A stretch of 64,000 nucleotides of DNA, from NCBI GenBank assembly GCA_022605425.2, contig JAKIMF020000001.1, forward strand, positions 1,364,001 to 1,428,000, given 5' to 3'. This document shows, in pieces, positions 59,025 to 64,000 of this stretch (its first letter is position 1; each line of letters begins with the position of its first letter). The position numbers were made by a program, and so were the translations under genes. Origin of the DNA: Hamiltosporidium tvaerminnensis FI-OER-3-3 (taxonomy: Eukaryota; Fungi; Microsporidia). The notes beneath the pieces were generated by a model that saw only the letters and a list, made by a program, of their open reading frames with translations, was not told the DNA's origin and ran no database searches.

Positions 59025-60295
59025 GATACATTTTGTCCAAAAAGTAAAGAGTGCTTGTAACACACTAGAACATAATTTGAAATAGAAAGGTATAGTGTTT
59101 AGCTGAGAAGTAACATATACTTTTGCAACTCTTGGATTGTCTAGAAGAAATCAAAGAAATATTAACTCAAAGAGCAATAATCTTTAAAATGAACACTGCA
59201 CATAAATTCCTTCTTGCATTGATGAAAAGTTCCTTTAAAGTAAAATATAGGTTGGAAGAAGAAGTCAACACAAATAAACTAGAGGACGCATAATTTACTA
59301 ACTTATATAACGAAATAGAAAAAGGAAACACCATTCGGTGCTATATAATACAATAAAAAGACTTTTGGAAGTGTTAGTTATTCTTTAAGATGGCCAAAGA
59401 AACGAAATAATACATCTCCGCGATGAGGCGGTGTTCTGCTGCATTCAAGATTTAAATGTATTGTGGAGCAGAGCTTATATGTCAATGCCGCAACAAGTGC
59501 ACGGAAACAGAAAAATATTTGGCGTAAGACGTAAAAAATGCATGTATACAACCATACGGGATAGAATGTATTAAAATGCATATATTTATACTCGCTTTAA
59601 ATAGATACAAATTTAAGTCTACAAAACAAATTAGCTGTCACACAGTTTAACAAACTCCTAAAAACAAGCATGAGAAGATTGGAGGAAAAAGTAGAATAAA
59701 TCATTAATCAAATTTTGAACAATATATCAGATTCATTTGTTTTAGATAAGAGTAAAATTCAAAAAATCTTTTTGAAGTAGGCGACAATTTCCAAAACTCC
59801 CTACAAATAGTTGAAACAAATAAACTTACGAAGTATACTCTACAAGACATTGATTCTAGTTTCATTTATATGTGTATCACCTGATAATTCTTATTGCGAT
59901 AGCCTGGGACAGTATTGTGACAAAATATCATAAGATGTATCCTAAAACTTTAAATTCTATAAATATAGAGGCATATATTCGGTTTATAGTACTCAAGAGA
60001 TAGTCGAGACTATTTTTATTTCTAGACAAAGAAAGCTTCATTGTGTATTAGGGAAGTAGGTAAAAGCCGTAAAAAATTAAATTTCAGTTGAGGAAGTAAA
60101 GAACTATTAAGATAGTGTACAACGAGTAAACACCAAAAATAACTCCTTTTTTTAGATGCTGTAATAACAGAAACTAACCGACAACAGACTCAAATGAAAC
60201 TTCTGATTTAAGCTAGCTGTAGAAAGGGTTTAAAAAGAATGACAAGAAATTTTGGAAATGAGAAAATTTGTAGCCCAAATTTTAATTAAATTATA
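59025..60295 (+). mobile_element. Old, heavily decayed 5'-truncated copy of the R4-like retrotransposon
   Basis: TGCAACTCTTGGATTGTCT, TATAACGAAATAGAAAAA, CAAATAGTTGAAAC and GTATTGTGACAAAATA match the intact element; no long ORF remains. Confidence 0.88.
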
Positions 60296-60600
60296 AATTA
60301 TTCTTTGTTTTTTTTTTAATTATTTTATGTTCGATGTAATTTACTACATTCCACCTTAAAACTAACATATATTTGAAAAAGTAATGTTTTTCTAAATTCG
60401 GTAAGCGTCATCTTAAATTTTTTTAAATACTTACATATTTTAATTTTTTTACAAATAATCTTTTAAAGTTTATACCAATATCTTAAAAGTAAAAAAAAAT
60501 CAATTTATTAAAAAATAAATCTAAAAACGCTCTATTATGCTATTATAAATATTTTAATGTCAACTTCAATATTATTTACTGTCACGGGTCATTCAACTAA

Positions 60601-62405
60601 CCTCATGTCCAATAGAAGCCCGTTATTTCCTATATACTCTCTCCGTTATTTCTAATCGTTTTATATACCCCCCCTTATTTCTATTAAATTTATAAATCCG
60701 TTATTTTTTTAATAATTTAAAGAACAACGTTATTTCTATATATTAAGTCCAAGGCCCATATATTTTTGAAAAAAAGGAAGTGATTTTAGTTTTAAACTTA
60801 ATAGGTTTCGATTTAAAAAAATGCTTACATAGTTTTTAAGTCTAAATTCTCGCAAAAAATTTGCTTAAAATTTTGAGAGGATAAAAACAAAAAATTTTAG
60901 TTAAGACTGAATCAATAAAAAATGCATTATGAGAGTTGCAAAGTAATCCAAATTAAATTAAATACGTTTTATTAAGCCACTGAAAACTGATATTGTGCCA
61001 CTCTCGTTCTTTTTTACTTCCATCATGTTGTTCATCAAAATGGCTGTAACTTTAAAAACCGAAATATTGTAAAAGGAGTCAAAAGATACTCTTTTGGACT
61101 TTGTATTCATGTCAACGTCTTTTTTTATCAAGTATTTTCTTCAATAGGCAAATCACTCGAAATTATATTTGGATTATTGTTCTCTAGAATTCTTCCCCTA
61201 TAATTTTTAAAAATTAGCAAATCCGCAGAAAATTTACGATGTTTTCGAACGTACCAGCTATTATAGTATTATAGTATTATGGTGTTAATAGTCAATTCAA
61301 TTATTCATGCACATTTGAGACAATCTCTAGGCTCCACAGTCCTTTTCTGCTTTTTCGTCAAATATAATTATACTGAAATCTACCTAAATAAAAAAAATAT
61401 AATATCCGTTTAGTTTTCAGTTATTATGCTTCCTAAAAAAGAAATATTAAACATTGCTGCCCGAAGAAATCCATAAATCGAAGATTTGTTCCATGCACTA
61501 TGTATTTTTTTGTTAAATGCTTATCAACATGTTTAGAATACTCAATCGATCATCTTCAACTGGTTTCATGCAATTTCATTGCGAGCCATCCTTTTATGGT
61601 CTGATTAGCATATTCGACTTGATCGTCTGTTTGGAATGCAAATCTTCCATGTATATTTTTTATAATTAGATAACTCAAAAGAATGGCAAAAAGTAAATTC
61701 TTTTTGTATTGGCTGTTATCATATTCATAACAACGGAATAATAAAGTGTAAAAACGAAAATTCAATGATTTTTTTACAATTGTGAAGTCTTATTGAATAT
61801 CTTATTAAATTGAAGGTTTTGGTATAGGGTTGGGTTATATATATCCAGCTATATTAACCATTCTAATTAGTTATATCCAAGATCTACACAATTATGTATA
61901 TTATATGTTTTTAAAATATATGTTAGAACTTTCTTTTCTTTTTTTTCCTAACAATTACAATTCTGGCAGATTTGTCACCATAGATCTAGACTTGTTTATA
62001 CGTAAAATAAAAGCATTGAAGAAAAGAAAAAGAAGTAATAGAATCAAAATTTCAAATAAGATTATTCTGTGTTGTATGTTGTTTAGATGCAATTTCCATA
62101 ATTTTTGATATGCATTTTAAATTTACAAACATTAATTGAAACAAAAAAGCAAAATTTTAACTTAAAAAAAGAACATAAATTTTACTCAAAATTAAACATC
62201 CTCACTTTTTTATACAAAAAAATGCTCAAGAAAGGATCGGATAAAAAATATTGGAAAGGAAACTAAAATCAGAAGATGTATAGGAATAGCAGGGATAAAT
62301 GCGGTATAAGGGTATAGGAATAAAAGAGCTATATAAAAAATAAAGGGTAATATGAACTATAAAAAATATATAGAAAATAATCCGGGTTCTATTGGACATA
62401 GGAGG
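60601..62405 (-). mobile_element. Decayed TIR DNA transposon, piggyBac-like
   Basis: Imperfect ~35-bp TIRs: CCTCATGTCCAATAGAAGCCCGTTATTTCCTATATA and TATATAGAAAATAATCCGGGTTCTATTGGACATAGGAGGG. Subterminal CCGTTATTT repeats; minus-strand fragments MARNE and a GT-RKHRK-like segment. Confidence 0.55.
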
Positions 62406-62609
62406 GAAAGGCTATTGGCGCGTGAAATTTACTTTAAACATGTTGGCCATGAAGAAACCATATAAATAAGAATTAAAATACAGTAAAAAAAAGTTAAAAG
62501 ACTTCTTTTACTTTTTATTTGAGTCAAAGTTTTTTTGAAGAAGACCACTTATCTAAAAGATAAATAACTTGAAAAACAATTTGCTTTTTGTTCATTATGA
62601 TTAATTCGC

Positions 62610-62815
62610 TGGTGGAAGGGGAATAACCAGATTAAAAAACATCTGCTTGTCAATGAATGTTTAGAATTGTTTTTAAATTCATAGTTTACAATTTAATGGA
62701 ATATAAACTACACTGGATATATAAACCAACCTCCTATAATTTTGAGTTACAACAGATTACAAGAAACAAATGAGAAACTTCGAATTCCTAATCCTCGACA
62801 TTGAGAGGCAAGAGA
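62610..62815 (+). repeat. Unclassified modular repeat family, copy A-B
   Basis: TGGTGGAAGGGGAATAACCAGATTAAAAAACATCTGCTTGTCAATGA...GAGTTACAACAGA...ATCCTCGA. Confidence 0.75.
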
Positions 62816-62964
62816 GGAACGAGATAAATAAGTAGATTAATCACATTTAGCCTGGTTTTATATGATTTATATTGCATATGCTTTGGTAGTGCTTTTCAGA
62901 GTAACAGCGACTAATTTTGAAATTTTTAAATTTATATGACGTTTTTTTTCATAAAAGCTTTCAC

Positions 62965-63132
62965 GGTTTTAATTTAATAGATTTCTGAGTTAGAAAGTTT
63001 TTATCATTTTTTTATGCATTTTCTTCTACCTCTATATTATCAACACCGTTTCTTCTTCCAAATCCGACTCTTCATTTCTGTTTATGTCGGTTCCTCCTTG
63101 TGAAATAAGGTGTGTATTTTTTGGTTTTAAAG
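62965..63132 (-). mobile_element. Short 3'-end fragment of the R4-like retrotransposon with a possible 8-bp TSD
   Basis: TCTTCCAAATCCGACTCTTCATTT and TTCCTCCTTGTGAAATAAGG match the family 3' end. GCTTTCAC flanks both sides (62957-62964 and 63133-63140). Confidence 0.85.
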
Positions 63133-63290
63133 GCTTTCACATAAAATCAAATAAAATTAAAAAAATGTTATCAACTCTTGCATTTCAATTTTTTAGATTT
63201 TTTTATGCATTCAATTTTATTTTAATAATAAACTTTTAATAAATTTAATTGCATTTTGTTTAATTTAAAATAACTTTGTTTCAAAAGAAT

Positions 63291-64000
63291 TGTAGCAGAA
63301 ATATAACCAGATTAAAACTACCTGCTTAGCAATGAGAATGTAAATTTATGAAGATCATTGTTTAGATTTTTGGTGGGAATAAAACCAGCTTATATTTTCG
63401 GTTGTTCGATAGAGTTTTACGAGAAGAAAAAAGTCAACGAAAACGCAAAACTTTTTATACAGATATATTTTATAGTTTTTTATCTAAAAAGATCTGAGAC
63501 CGCAGCCGAACTCGTAGGTAATCGCGATGTAAATTGATCTAAATACAGCCCTGCTCAATAATCAGGTTAGAATATTTAGCGCCTGGGAAAAAATAAAAAT
63601 AAAACCATTTAAATCCGGGAAATCCAAGTGCGGATTATACACGTTTGTATGATCTTGTGCAATTGAGGTATACGCATGTAAGTCGCCTAAATATATCTTA
63701 GCTAAATTTTCTAGGATCAGCGAATGTAAAGTAAGTGGGAAAGCTGTATACCCCAGAGGAGCAAAAAGTGGATTTAATCTATGATCACACACCATGCAAC
63801 AGATACTAAAAAACTCCAAATAACTTCATCATTTGATTTTTGGGTTCTAAAAACTTTTCAGATGAAAGAGTTTGGGATGTAGGTATCATAGGGGATCTCG
63901 ATGGAGTGTCATGATAGCAGTTATTTATGTTAAATCTAGAACTTCGTTAATGCCGTGAAAACAATATAACACTTGCTTCAGTTTAAAAAGATGCGATATT
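63291..64000 (+). repeat. Unclassified modular repeat family, copy A-C (runs to window edge)
   Basis: Colinear with 46879-47595 (GATCATTGTTT.GATTTTTGGTGGGAATAAAACCA, TAGCGCCTGGGA, AATATATCTTAGCTA, GTAAGTGGGAA, GATGGAGTGT). Confidence 0.85.

Noticed and set aside
1-64000. tRNA, rRNA or snRNA genes and spliceosomal introns
   Set aside because: No convincing cloverleaf, rRNA-like segment or intron-split gene seen by eye; tRNAscan-SE and Infernal would be needed to exclude them.

Overview
Very AT-rich, gene-sparse eukaryotic DNA with short, apparently intronless genes. Most genes have CCC/GGG motifs just before the ATG, which is the microsporidian pattern; a large-genome species such as Hamiltosporidium is an inference only. 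Host genes are a RhoGAP, TFIIF large subunit, ISWI remodeler, paladin-like triple PTP-domain protein, Ada3-like protein, LRR-like protein, membrane-anchored charged-repeat protein, RFC small subunit, INTS11/CPSF3L and a probably secreted pseudokinase. Much of the rest is mobile DNA. There are seven copies or fragments of a single-ORF RT plus restriction-like-endonuclease (R4/Dong-like) non-LTR retrotransposon. One is intact, has a 16-bp TSD and sits inside the LRR-like gene, replacing its last 22 codons with 122 antisense codons. Also present are a solo LTR nested in another copy, a decayed Helitron, decayed piggyBac-like remnants and two RTE-clade insertions with TSDs. Finally, an unclassified modular repeat family has eight copies of a ~110-bp head module with alternative bodies, and it hosts both RTE insertions. 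No rRNA, tRNA or CRISPR array was seen. All alignments were done by eye.
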